From positions 1 through 56,368 of the IMG/VR virus record IMGVR_UViG_3300045988_080971: a stretch of 56,368 bases of DNA; one strand, given 5' to 3'. A program made the translations under genes and the position numbers. Shown here in pieces: positions 44,411 to 52,040 of the stretch; the stretch's first letter is position 1; each line of letters begins with the position of its first letter. The notes beneath the pieces were generated by a model. That model worked only from the letters and a program-made list of their open reading frames with translations, searched no databases and was not told the origin of the DNA. The DNA comes from a virus.

Positions 44411-45220
44411 ATGATGAAAAGAAATGACATATATTATCAAAATTCAAAGGGCGAGGTAGTAAGCCTCGTCCGTCCGCCTTACATGATGTTGGCGGACACA
44501 GATATATTTGACTACACATGGGAGAACGGCATAAGACAGACAGGCGACAGGTCAATAAAAGTAGTTATAAGCGGGGCAACTCATAATGCATATCAGTACG
44601 CACTAAAACGACTGACTAACATGTTAGAGTACGATACCACGCATGGCACATATGGCAGATTATATTATAAAGGTTGGTATCTTAAGTGCAGACTGACAGC
44701 CTGCACACGTCCTGCAAGCTTTATCATGCGGCAAATGTCCACAATAGAATATACTGTATCTATTGACTCGGCAAGTCCGGGCTGGCATAAGGACATTATA
44801 CACACATACAAGTATGCAGACACTACAGTGTTTGAGGGTAAGGGCTACCCATACGGCTACCCATACGGCTATAATGCGGTACTGTCTACTAATGCAAGTG
44901 TGGATATGGCTGACAGCGGGCTATATGATGTGCTCATCAAGATAAGACCAAATGAGGCTATTGCATCGCCGATCATACGTGTAGGAAATTACACCTATGG
45001 AGCACAAGGAATAGGGCTTGATGTGGGGCAGGTAATGACTATCAACACAGCCACACGCACAATAGATATTAACGGTGGTAATATATTCAGTCGCCGTGTA
45101 TCTGATGACATGCTACACAAGGCAGAGTTTGAGACAGGTACACAGGCGATTCTGTGGAATGATAACTTTGATTTTGATTTGACGTTAATAGCAGAGAGGA
45201 GTGAGCCGACATGGATATAA
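44411..45220 (+). CDS. Distal tail protein (Dit)
   Basis: Immediately after the tape measure; size. Confidence 0.6.
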   Translation: MMKRNDIYYQNSKGEVVSLVRPPYMMLADTDIFDYTWENGIRQTGDRSIKVVISGATHNAYQYALKRLTNMLEYDTTHGTYGRLYYKGWYLKCRLTACTRPASFIMRQMSTIEYTVSIDSASPGWHKDIIHTYKYADTTVFEGKGYPYGYPYGYNAVLSTNASVDMADSGLYDVLIKIRPNEAIASPIIRVGNYTYGAQGIGLDVGQVMTINTATRTIDINGGNIFSRRVSDDMLHKAEFETGTQAILWNDNFDFDLTLIAERSEPTWI

Positions 45221-46170
45221 TACTTGCAAACAAGGCACTAGCCGAACAGGGTGTTATATATACCGATTATAGTCTTGATTTTGACACCACCAACACAATG
45301 GATTATAAGCTAACAGCAACAAGGGCTATATATGACAAGCTGAGCACAGCGACATATCTGTATATACCTGGTACTGAGTACGGCGGTATCATTGACAGCA
45401 TAGCGCATAATACAAGTGATGACAGCATTGTAGCGAGCGGGCGAAGTTTTAGGGGACTGCTCAACAGCAAGATTATAGCACCAGACAGCGGACAAGATTA
45501 CAAAGTGGTAAGCGGCAATCTTGCAGATATACTTGATAGCATACTTGCAGATAATAACCTTGACTATCTGTATATGATAGACCCTAACCTCACATGGATT
45601 ACGCTGAGCAACTATCAGATAGCAAGGTATTGCAGTGTGCTGTACTTACTTAATGCGCTTGAGACAAAGACAGGGCTAAGCCTGTATCTTGCGTGGTCAG
45701 CTAAATATCACAAGGTAGTCATCACATACAGACAGCCGATTGACTGGACAAGTAAGAGCCTGTATGTGCAGACCGACATAACCACAACAAAAACATCACA
45801 TAAAGTCAACCATTTGGTATGTCTTGGAAGTGGAGAATTAAAGGACAGGATGCGTATTGACCTTTACGCTGACACGCAAGGGCGCATATCCACAGTGCGG
45901 AGCATAGTTGGGGCGGATGAATACACGCAAGTATATGACTACCCTAATGCTAAAGATGTGGACGACCTAAAGACAAGCGGAACGGCAAAGCTGAAAGAAC
46001 TTATTGCAGACACACCGCTAAAAGTTGAGGTTAGAGATGGGGCGTATGCAGTCGGTGATATAGTCGGTGGTTATGACGACCTTATGGACATAAAGACAAA
46101 GGCGACTATATCTAACGTTGTGGTTAATGTGGAGAATGGTGTAATATCCTACACATTTACAACATCATAA
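45211..46170 (+). CDS. Tail-associated (Tal / baseplate hub-like) protein
   Basis: Follows Dit and overlaps its end. Confidence 0.5.
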   Translation: MDIILANKALAEQGVIYTDYSLDFDTTNTMDYKLTATRAIYDKLSTATYLYIPGTEYGGIIDSIAHNTSDDSIVASGRSFRGLLNSKIIAPDSGQDYKVVSGNLADILDSILADNNLDYLYMIDPNLTWITLSNYQIARYCSVLYLLNALETKTGLSLYLAWSAKYHKVVITYRQPIDWTSKSLYVQTDITTTKTSHKVNHLVCLGSGELKDRMRIDLYADTQGRISTVRSIVGADEYTQVYDYPNAKDVDDLKTSGTAKLKELIADTPLKVEVRDGAYAVGDIVGGYDDLMDIKTKATISNVVVNVENGVISYTFTTS

Positions 46171-46210
46171 TTTTGTAATATAATAAATAAAAACAAGGAG
46201 GGTAAAAACT

Positions 46211-47005
46211 GTGAAAATAATAACAGGAGCAACAGGCATTGCACACGTGCAAGCAGAGGATGACCGGGCTATGCATTATGGACTGTCTGGACGTGATGGC
46301 ATATTATTGTCAGATGGGTTTGAGTGGACTGACAAAAAAGTATATAACGCTAAGTATGGACTTCTTGCCGCAAAGCAGCCAAGCACGAACACTGTAGTAA
46401 TATATGAGGGCGATTATATATTACAGGGATGCCAAGGGCGTATTAACTATGGCGAGTCGGAGACATTTAACATTGAACCCGGTACTGCTGGCTACAATAG
46501 GATTGATTATATAGTGGTACATTATCATAGAAACGAGCTGGGCGTAGAGTCAATGAATCTTGAGTTAATCAAAGGAACTCCAACGCCGACTGGAAGCACT
46601 ATTGCATTGCCGACAGTCCCAGCAGGTGACATATACAAGGGCGATACAGACGCTTATGGAAAACTGTACGCTATCCAGCTAAAAGGCACAGACGTTAGTA
46701 TCGTGCGCCGTGCGCCTTACCTATTATCTAGTGAGGCAATATCGGATGTATTAAGTGCACTGTACAGTATTAATCAAACTATTAGCGGCATATCGGGCTC
46801 AATAAGCTCAGAAGCTACTTCAGCGGCCGCAAATATTTCTATAACGGATTCATTCGGAACGCATTTAGACCCAAATGTGACGCTTCAAGCCGTTGGTAAT
46901 TCGCTTCTACAAATTTGCGATGGGCTAAAACTTCTAACCGGTCTCGTTAATAATATCAACTCAAATACATATAGCTGGGAAACACCGCTTATGACACTTT
47001 TTTAA
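46211..47005 (+). CDS. Putative tail fibre / receptor-binding protein
   Basis: GTG start behind AAGGAGGG; position between Tal and the endolysin. Confidence 0.35.
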   Translation: MKIITGATGIAHVQAEDDRAMHYGLSGRDGILLSDGFEWTDKKVYNAKYGLLAAKQPSTNTVVIYEGDYILQGCQGRINYGESETFNIEPGTAGYNRIDYIVVHYHRNELGVESMNLELIKGTPTPTGSTIALPTVPAGDIYKGDTDAYGKLYAIQLKGTDVSIVRRAPYLLSSEAISDVLSALYSINQTISGISGSISSEATSAAANISITDSFGTHLDPNVTLQAVGNSLLQICDGLKLLTGLVNNINSNTYSWETPLMTLF

Positions 47006-47017
47006 GGAGGTATGAGA

Positions 47018-47935
47018 ATGAACGGAATAGACATATCAGCGTGGCAAGGCGATAATAATATCAATCTTGCTAAAGTGCCGTTTGATTTTTGTATAATCAA
47101 AGCGACAGAAGGCACGGACTACACAAACAGATATCTTGACAGCCACGCCACAGCAGTGCAGAACAAAAAGAAGCTACTCGGCGTGTATCATTACGCAAAT
47201 GGCGGTGACTACAAGGCAGAGGCAGACCACTTTTTGACTGTAGTCAAGAAATATATCGGAAAAGCTGTCATTGTACTTGACTGGGAGAGCAGGAACAACC
47301 CGCAGTTTGGTGTGAGTGGTCTTGAGTGGTGCTCTAAGTGGTGTAGCTATGTCAAAGATAAAACAAAAGTAAGACCTGTAATATATATTCAGAAGTCAGC
47401 CAAAGATGCAGTACGTAAGGCAGGCTATAGGCTGTGGGTGGCTCAGTATGAGGACAACAATCCAACAGGCTACCAGCTACACCCTTGGAACGAGGGCGCA
47501 TATACTTGCACTATGAGACAGTACACATCACACGGCAAACTTGCAGGATATGATGGAGAGTTAGACCTCAATAAGTGCTATCTGAACTCAGGTGCATGGC
47601 GTCATCTCGCTGGCAGAGTCAGGACTGCTACCACATCGGTGAAGAAGTCTGTGGATGCTATAGCAAGAGAAGTTTTAGCTGGTAAGTGGGGCAATGGCGA
47701 CAGCAGAAAGAGCAGACTCAAGGCGGCAGGTTATGACTATAACAAGGTACAGGCTAGAGTCAACAAGCTTGTTAAGGCTTCACAGCTCAGTGAGGATAAA
47801 ATCATAAATGCTGTGGCACATGAGGTTATATCAGGCAAGTATGGAAATGAGCCAGAACGCTCTGAAAGACTTAGGGCGGCTGGATATAATCCGTCAGCAG
47901 TACAGGCTAGAGTCAATAAACTGTTGGGGGTGTAA
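47018..47935 (+). CDS. Endolysin: GH25 muramidase + 2 Cpl-7 (CW_7) repeats
   Basis: NGIDISAWQG...DFCIIKATEG...GVYHY; repeats GKWGNGDSRKSRLKAAGYDYNKVQARVNKL and GKYGNEPERSERLRAAGYNPSAVQARVNKL. Confidence 0.85.
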   Translation: MNGIDISAWQGDNNINLAKVPFDFCIIKATEGTDYTNRYLDSHATAVQNKKKLLGVYHYANGGDYKAEADHFLTVVKKYIGKAVIVLDWESRNNPQFGVSGLEWCSKWCSYVKDKTKVRPVIYIQKSAKDAVRKAGYRLWVAQYEDNNPTGYQLHPWNEGAYTCTMRQYTSHGKLAGYDGELDLNKCYLNSGAWRHLAGRVRTATTSVKKSVDAIAREVLAGKWGNGDSRKSRLKAAGYDYNKVQARVNKLVKASQLSEDKIINAVAHEVISGKYGNEPERSERLRAAGYNPSAVQARVNKLLGV

Positions 47936-47938
47936 AGT

Positions 47939-48220
47939 ATGATGGAGTTTATTATCGCAATAACCACATCAGTAGTCACAGGCGGATTGACTCTTATAGG
48001 GGTTATATTCACGAGCCGAAAACAACATGACGTGACAGTGCAGGAGATCAAGACAGAACTAGCCTTGATGCATCAAGAGATTGGACAGCTTGAACACAAG
48101 CAAGACATCCACAATGGAGTTATAGAAAGGGTGTATCAACTGGAAAAGGCAGTTGATATACTTGACGAAAGACAAAAGACAGCCAACGATAAAATAGATG
48201 GTCTTGAGAAAGGAGCGTGA
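47939..48220 (+). CDS. Membrane-anchored coiled-coil protein (lysis-associated?)
   Basis: N-terminal TM FIIAITTSVVTGGLTLIGVIF; sits between the endolysin and holin. Confidence 0.45.
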   Translation: MMEFIIAITTSVVTGGLTLIGVIFTSRKQHDVTVQEIKTELALMHQEIGQLEHKQDIHNGVIERVYQLEKAVDILDERQKTANDKIDGLEKGA

Positions 48221-48224
48221 TATT

Positions 48225-48422
48225 ATGTTTACAAAGAAATGGTTCAAAGCGGCAGGAGTTAGAGCTATTAAGACAATGGCACAAACTGCAATCGGTGTTA
48301 TAGGTTCAAGTCTTGTCATAAGTGACATTGACTGGCTGATGGTTGCATCTGCCTCGGTTGTGGCTGGGGTGGTATCAATATTAACAAGTGTGACAGGATT
48401 GCCTGAAGTAAAGGAGGATTGA
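48225..48422 (+). CDS. Holin (r1t/LL-H type)
   Basis: FTKKWFKAAGVRAIKTMAQTAIGVIG... plus a second TM; 65 aa. Confidence 0.6.
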   Translation: MFTKKWFKAAGVRAIKTMAQTAIGVIGSSLVISDIDWLMVASASVVAGVVSILTSVTGLPEVKED

Positions 48423-48426
48423 TAAG

Positions 48427-48690
48427 ATGGATGGAGACACAAAGCAAGAAAATAGTCTTGCAAGCGAATTATTACATGAGGTCAAAGCTACATCAAAGAG
48501 ATGGTTTGTTCTTTTTTTGATTGCTCTGCTATTATTATTCGGAACAAACATGGCTTGGTTGTATGCATGGAATCTACCCGTTGAAGAGACCACAGTTACC
48601 CAAGAGTCGGATAATGCGAGTCATAACAATTATATCGATGGGGTAGGAGATATTGATAATGGCGGCTCGTCAGACAATACACAAGATTAA
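48427..48690 (+). CDS. Single-pass membrane protein
   Basis: TM WFVLFLIALLLLFGTNMAWLY; AAGGAGG RBS. Confidence 0.5.
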   Translation: MDGDTKQENSLASELLHEVKATSKRWFVLFLIALLLLFGTNMAWLYAWNLPVEETTVTQESDNASHNNYIDGVGDIDNGGSSDNTQD

Positions 48691-48744
48691 AAGATCAAGT
48701 AGGAGACCGAGATCACGAACAAGGACAAGGAGAAGGAGAAGAAG

Positions 48745-48945
48745 ATGACAATAGCAGACTTTACAAATAAAGAACTTCAATACTTTAGAAAAGAATGCAA
48801 TTTTGTTAATCTTGAAATCGTAGTTTTTGAACGTAGGTCACAAGGTGTTCCCTTAGAACAAATAGCAGAGGACTTGCATATATCATACGATTATGCAAGA
48901 AAAATTAGTTGCAAAGTAAACAAGAAGATTTTAAAAGTAGTGTGA
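48745..48945 (+). CDS. Small sigma-70 region-4-like HTH regulator
   Basis: ELQYF...VVFERRSQGVPLEQIAEDLHISYDYARKISCKVNKKI follows the region 4 pattern. Confidence 0.5.
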   Translation: MTIADFTNKELQYFRKECNFVNLEIVVFERRSQGVPLEQIAEDLHISYDYARKISCKVNKKILKVV

Positions 48946-48999
48946 ATTAAAAAACTAAATATTGTATATATCGCAAATTAAATATTGATGTCAACAATT

Positions 49000-49036
49000 A
49001 GAACACATTCATTACATTGTGAATGTGTTCTTTTTA
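49000..49036 (+). terminator. Intrinsic terminator
   Basis: 12-bp stem agaacacattca/tgaatgtgttct, 8-nt loop, T-run. Confidence 0.85.
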
Positions 49037-49072
49037 TTTTACTATAAATACATAGATAGGAGGTGTTGAAAT

Positions 49073-49210
49073 ATGAACATTATCAGTATTATAAGTAAAC
49101 CGGAATTAGGAGATATTCCGATTATGTACATATTAAGAGTAATCAACGCTATACAGTCCGACTATATACATGATTCAGCAAAAGGAGATGTGAGCCGTGT
49201 TTCAAAATAA
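49073..49210 (+). CDS. Hypothetical protein (45 aa)
   Basis: TAGGAGGTG RBS; below the track's length cut-off. Confidence 0.4.
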   Translation: MNIISIISKPELGDIPIMYILRVINAIQSDYIHDSAKGDVSRVSK

Positions 49211-49607
49211 TTTCCAAAACCCGTATGCCGCTTTGATGGGGCAGACAATGTATAATCAGCCACAGAACAATCAACAGTTTTTCCAACCCGAACCAACTCA
49301 AAATTTAATAAGAGTGAATGGAATTAACGGAGCAAAAGCGTATCAAATGCCAGCTAATTCCACAGTAGCTCTATTTGATTCCAACAATGATGTAATGTAC
49401 GTTAAATCAACTGATGGAGCTGGGTTTCCATCTATAAGGACATTTTCATTTACAGAATTGAAAGAGGACATAAGCATCACAGAAAATACAGACTATATAA
49501 GTAGACAAGAATTTGAAGAATTTAAAAAGGAGTTGATGAACAATGGCAAGCAGTCTATTTCGAGGTCAAAATCAAACCTCACAACAGATAAATCCACAGA
49601 TAATTAG
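49197..49607 (+). CDS. Q/N-rich N-terminus hypothetical protein
   Basis: GTG start (alternative ATG at 49236); no function recognised. Confidence 0.5.
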   Translation: MFQNNFQNPYAALMGQTMYNQPQNNQQFFQPEPTQNLIRVNGINGAKAYQMPANSTVALFDSNNDVMYVKSTDGAGFPSIRTFSFTELKEDISITENTDYISRQEFEEFKKELMNNGKQSISRSKSNLTTDKSTDN

Positions 49608-49758
49608 TCAAGCCAAATCAATGATGAATAATCTAAATCAAGTTAAAGGAATAATGAGTATGCTTAGTGGAAAAGGAATGAATCCTGAGCAGGCAGTTCG
49701 TTCTATATGTCAGCAAAGAGGCATAAATGTTGATGAATTTATGTCTCAGCTTAAATAA
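49543..49758 (+). CDS. Hypothetical protein (71 aa)
   Basis: AAGGAG RBS. Confidence 0.45.
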   Translation: MASSLFRGQNQTSQQINPQIISQAKSMMNNLNQVKGIMSMLSGKGMNPEQAVRSICQQRGINVDEFMSQLK

Positions 49759-49815
49759 GGAATTTGCAAATTCAAATAAATATAATGTTCTAAAAAGAAC
49801 AGAAAGGAGTACATC

Positions 49816-50427
49816 ATGACAGATGGAGTATCATTAGCAGATATCGCCGCTGTTACCGACAACAAAGACGGTATGTTCGGTGGTGCAGGTGGTGGCGGAA
49901 TGTGGATTTTCGCCCTTTTAATCCTCTTGCTTATTGGCGGAGGTGGTTTCTTTGGAGGAGCCAGAAATGTAAACGGAGAACCAGTTACAGAGGCAGGTCT
50001 TTGCAATGCTATGAATTTCAACAATCTTGAGAATGCAGTTGGAAGACTGAATGACAACCTTCAGCATGACTATCAGGGATTACAGAATGGAATCTGTAAT
50101 TTAGGTTACGAAACACTTCGTAACTTCAACACAGTTCAGCAACAGGTTGCGGATTGTTGCTGTACAACACAGAGAGCTATTGATGGTGTTAATTACAATG
50201 GTGCTATCAATACTGCCGCTATTAACGCTAACACAACGGCACAGACACAGAAGATTCTTGATGCTATGGCACAGAATAAGATTGAGAGCTTGCAGGCTCA
50301 GGTTAATCAGCTTCAGCTTCAGTCGGCTATGTGCGGTGTGGTCAGATATCCAAATGCGACTACTTATACAAGCGGAATGAGTCCATTTTGGAATCAGTCT
50401 TGTTGCAACAACGGTTGTAACATTTAA
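49816..50427 (+). CDS. Gly-rich membrane protein with Cys-rich coiled C-terminal region
   Basis: GGAGGGGMWIFALLILLLIGGGGFFGG TM; CCC and CC motifs. Confidence 0.55.
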   Translation: MTDGVSLADIAAVTDNKDGMFGGAGGGGMWIFALLILLLIGGGGFFGGARNVNGEPVTEAGLCNAMNFNNLENAVGRLNDNLQHDYQGLQNGICNLGYETLRNFNTVQQQVADCCCTTQRAIDGVNYNGAINTAAINANTTAQTQKILDAMAQNKIESLQAQVNQLQLQSAMCGVVRYPNATTYTSGMSPFWNQSCCNNGCNI

Positions 50428-50453
50428 GTCATTTAGACAAGGTTTAAAATGTT

Positions 50454-50486
50454 AGAGGAATGCCTTGTCCGGTATTCCTCTTTTTT
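50454..50486 (+). terminator. Intrinsic terminator
   Basis: Stem agaggaat/attcctct, 12-nt loop, T-run. Confidence 0.7.
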
Positions 50487-50506
50487 ATTAGAAAGGAGAA
50501 TAAAAT

Positions 50507-50926
50507 ATGAGTTGTAAATCAGGAATATATGTGGTTAATACTACAACAGGAACATCAATCGGTATTGGCGGTACTTATGTACCATCTACAATAATTAGAA
50601 GATATGGAAAGTATTGTCAGTTGGGTGGTAATGGTGTATCAATCGGAAATTGTGCCGGCGGTGCTGGTTACTATGATGTAGATGCTTCTGTATCTGTTGC
50701 CGCTACTGCCATAGGAAATGTGACTGCAACATTATACAAAGATGGAGCACCAGTTCAAGGTGCGTCAGCACTTGCAACAGCATCAGCAATAGGTGATATT
50801 GTAACACTCCCTATATCTGCACTTGTAAGATTGAATTGCGATTGTGACACAGCAAATCTCACAATAGTTATTGGAGGTCAGGCTGTAACTGCTCAAAATC
50901 TTGCATTTGTAGTTGAGAAAATCTAA
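50507..50926 (+). CDS. BclA C-terminal-domain-like (C1q/TNF-like jelly roll) protein
   Basis: GYYDVDASVSVAATAIGNVTATLYKDGAPVQG...LAFVVEKI resembles the BclA-CTD ...GFYKITV...VNGVPVPG...IIIEKVA. Confidence 0.4.
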   Translation: MSCKSGIYVVNTTTGTSIGIGGTYVPSTIIRRYGKYCQLGGNGVSIGNCAGGAGYYDVDASVSVAATAIGNVTATLYKDGAPVQGASALATASAIGDIVTLPISALVRLNCDCDTANLTIVIGGQAVTAQNLAFVVEKI

Positions 50927-51159
50927 TGGATGATAGACAATTTGATATATTAGACATATTAAATATATTGTCTTTTATCATAGGGGTTAAAAATATAAAT
51001 GAGAACTTATCTCAAAATACTGCCAGAGATTTATTATCTGCGGCAGTTAAAGAGATACATGAACATTTATCCGAACAGGACAGAAAGATTGATTTAATTC
51101 TAAAAAAGTTAGGAGTTGATTATAATGACCAAAATAAAGAAGTTAGCCGAACACATTGA
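50926..51159 (+). CDS. Hypothetical protein (77 aa)
   Basis: TAATG overlap with the upstream stop. Confidence 0.45.
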   Translation: MDDRQFDILDILNILSFIIGVKNINENLSQNTARDLLSAAVKEIHEHLSEQDRKIDLILKKLGVDYNDQNKEVSRTH

Positions 51160-51424
51160 AGAAGAAATTTGTGGAGCTAAAGAATACGCTGAAAAGTATG
51201 TTGAATGCAAAGCAAAAGGAGATACAGCTTGGGCGAATCGTTATAAAGAAATGGCTAATGATGAATTGAAACATGCTGGGTATCTTCATGATAGAGCTGT
51301 GAAAGATATAGAAGAGATTTCCAAAGTATTTACCCCAACTGAAGAAATGGAAGAAAAGTGGGAAAAATGCCATAAGAAATTCGTGGAAAAAACCGCTTGG
51401 GTAAAACAGATGCTTGCGATGTAG
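51125..51424 (+). CDS. Helical protein with ferritin-like E...ExxH motif (putative)
   Basis: EEEICGAKEY and NDELKHAGYLH. Confidence 0.3.
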   Translation: MTKIKKLAEHIEEEICGAKEYAEKYVECKAKGDTAWANRYKEMANDELKHAGYLHDRAVKDIEEISKVFTPTEEMEEKWEKCHKKFVEKTAWVKQMLAM

Positions 51425-51434
51425 GAGTGATTAT

Positions 51435-51770
51435 ATGACATTTCAGGAAAGTATTCCAGTAGCCAAAGAGCTGGCGGAAAATGAATTAAAAAAGCACTTT
51501 GACGTTGATGCATTTCTAATATTAGCACTTATAGATAAGATGAATATTGATCTTGTTCCGGAAAGTAATGTGGATGAAACTATAACAGATATTCAAGGTT
51601 TGTTTGTTTCTTATATGAGAAATAGGACAAAAGAAAATCTTGAAATTCTACTTTCCACCATCCGAAAAATGTTATCTGAATTATATGTGACTTGTGATTC
51701 TGATGAAAAGGAAATATTCAAAAAGCATCTTGAAACATTGCAAAATATAACACAACCAAATATCATTTAA
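51435..51770 (+). CDS. Hypothetical protein (111 aa)
   Basis: TAGGAG RBS; ATG at 51435. Confidence 0.5.
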   Translation: MTFQESIPVAKELAENELKKHFDVDAFLILALIDKMNIDLVPESNVDETITDIQGLFVSYMRNRTKENLEILLSTIRKMLSELYVTCDSDEKEIFKKHLETLQNITQPNII

Positions 51771-51773
51771 TGT

Positions 51774-51804
51774 ATAAGGGAGATTTATTTCTCCCTTATT
51801 TTTT
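51774..51804 (+). terminator. Intrinsic terminator
   Basis: Stem ataagggag/ctcccttat, 8-nt loop, T-run. Confidence 0.8.
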
Positions 51805-51815
51805 ATGTAAATCAC

Positions 51816-51844
51816 TTGCATTTTCTATTTTTATGTGTTACAAT
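51816..51844 (+). promoter_or_regulatory. Promoter cassette P6 (TTGCAT-N17-TGtTACAAT)
   Basis: -35 at 51816-51821, -10 at 51839-51844. Confidence 0.75.
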
Positions 51845-51875
51845 ATAAACATAATAAAGAAAGGAGATAAATAAA

Positions 51876-52037
51876 ATGGAAAAAATAGTAAATTGGTTGA
51901 TGAGTTGTGGGTACAATAAAGAAAATGCTTACATAGAGGCAAATAAGATGATTGAAAGGAACAGATGGGATGGGGTTGAAATGTGTTCCAGAGAATTTGC
52001 AATAGAAATGATTTTAGCAGATATAGAGGAGGAGTAA
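51876..52037 (+). CDS. Hypothetical protein (53 aa)
   Basis: AAAGGAG RBS; first ORF after P6. Confidence 0.45.
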   Translation: MEKIVNWLMSCGYNKENAYIEANKMIERNRWDGVEMCSREFAIEMILADIEEE

Positions 52038-52040
52038 GTA

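Noticed and set aside
42-50057. Minus-strand ORFs in the track (for example 42-284, 2464-2895, 7669-8004, 11270-11548, 22920-23279, 37533-37910, 41667-42083, 48059-48463, 49746-50057)
   Set aside because: Each lies entirely inside a well-supported + strand gene. They lack RBS-like sequences and have low-complexity or hydrophobic shadow-type translations. I treat them as antisense artefacts of AT-rich coding sequence.
14818-50380. Alternative-frame + strand ORFs nested in larger genes (14818-15048, 37208-37483, 37736-37981, 39657-39881, 41364-41582, 44144-44329, 44763-44945, 50147-50380)
   Set aside because: They are embedded in genes with clear motifs or clear synteny, have no RBS, and translate to arbitrary-looking peptides. 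There is no evidence for overprinting.
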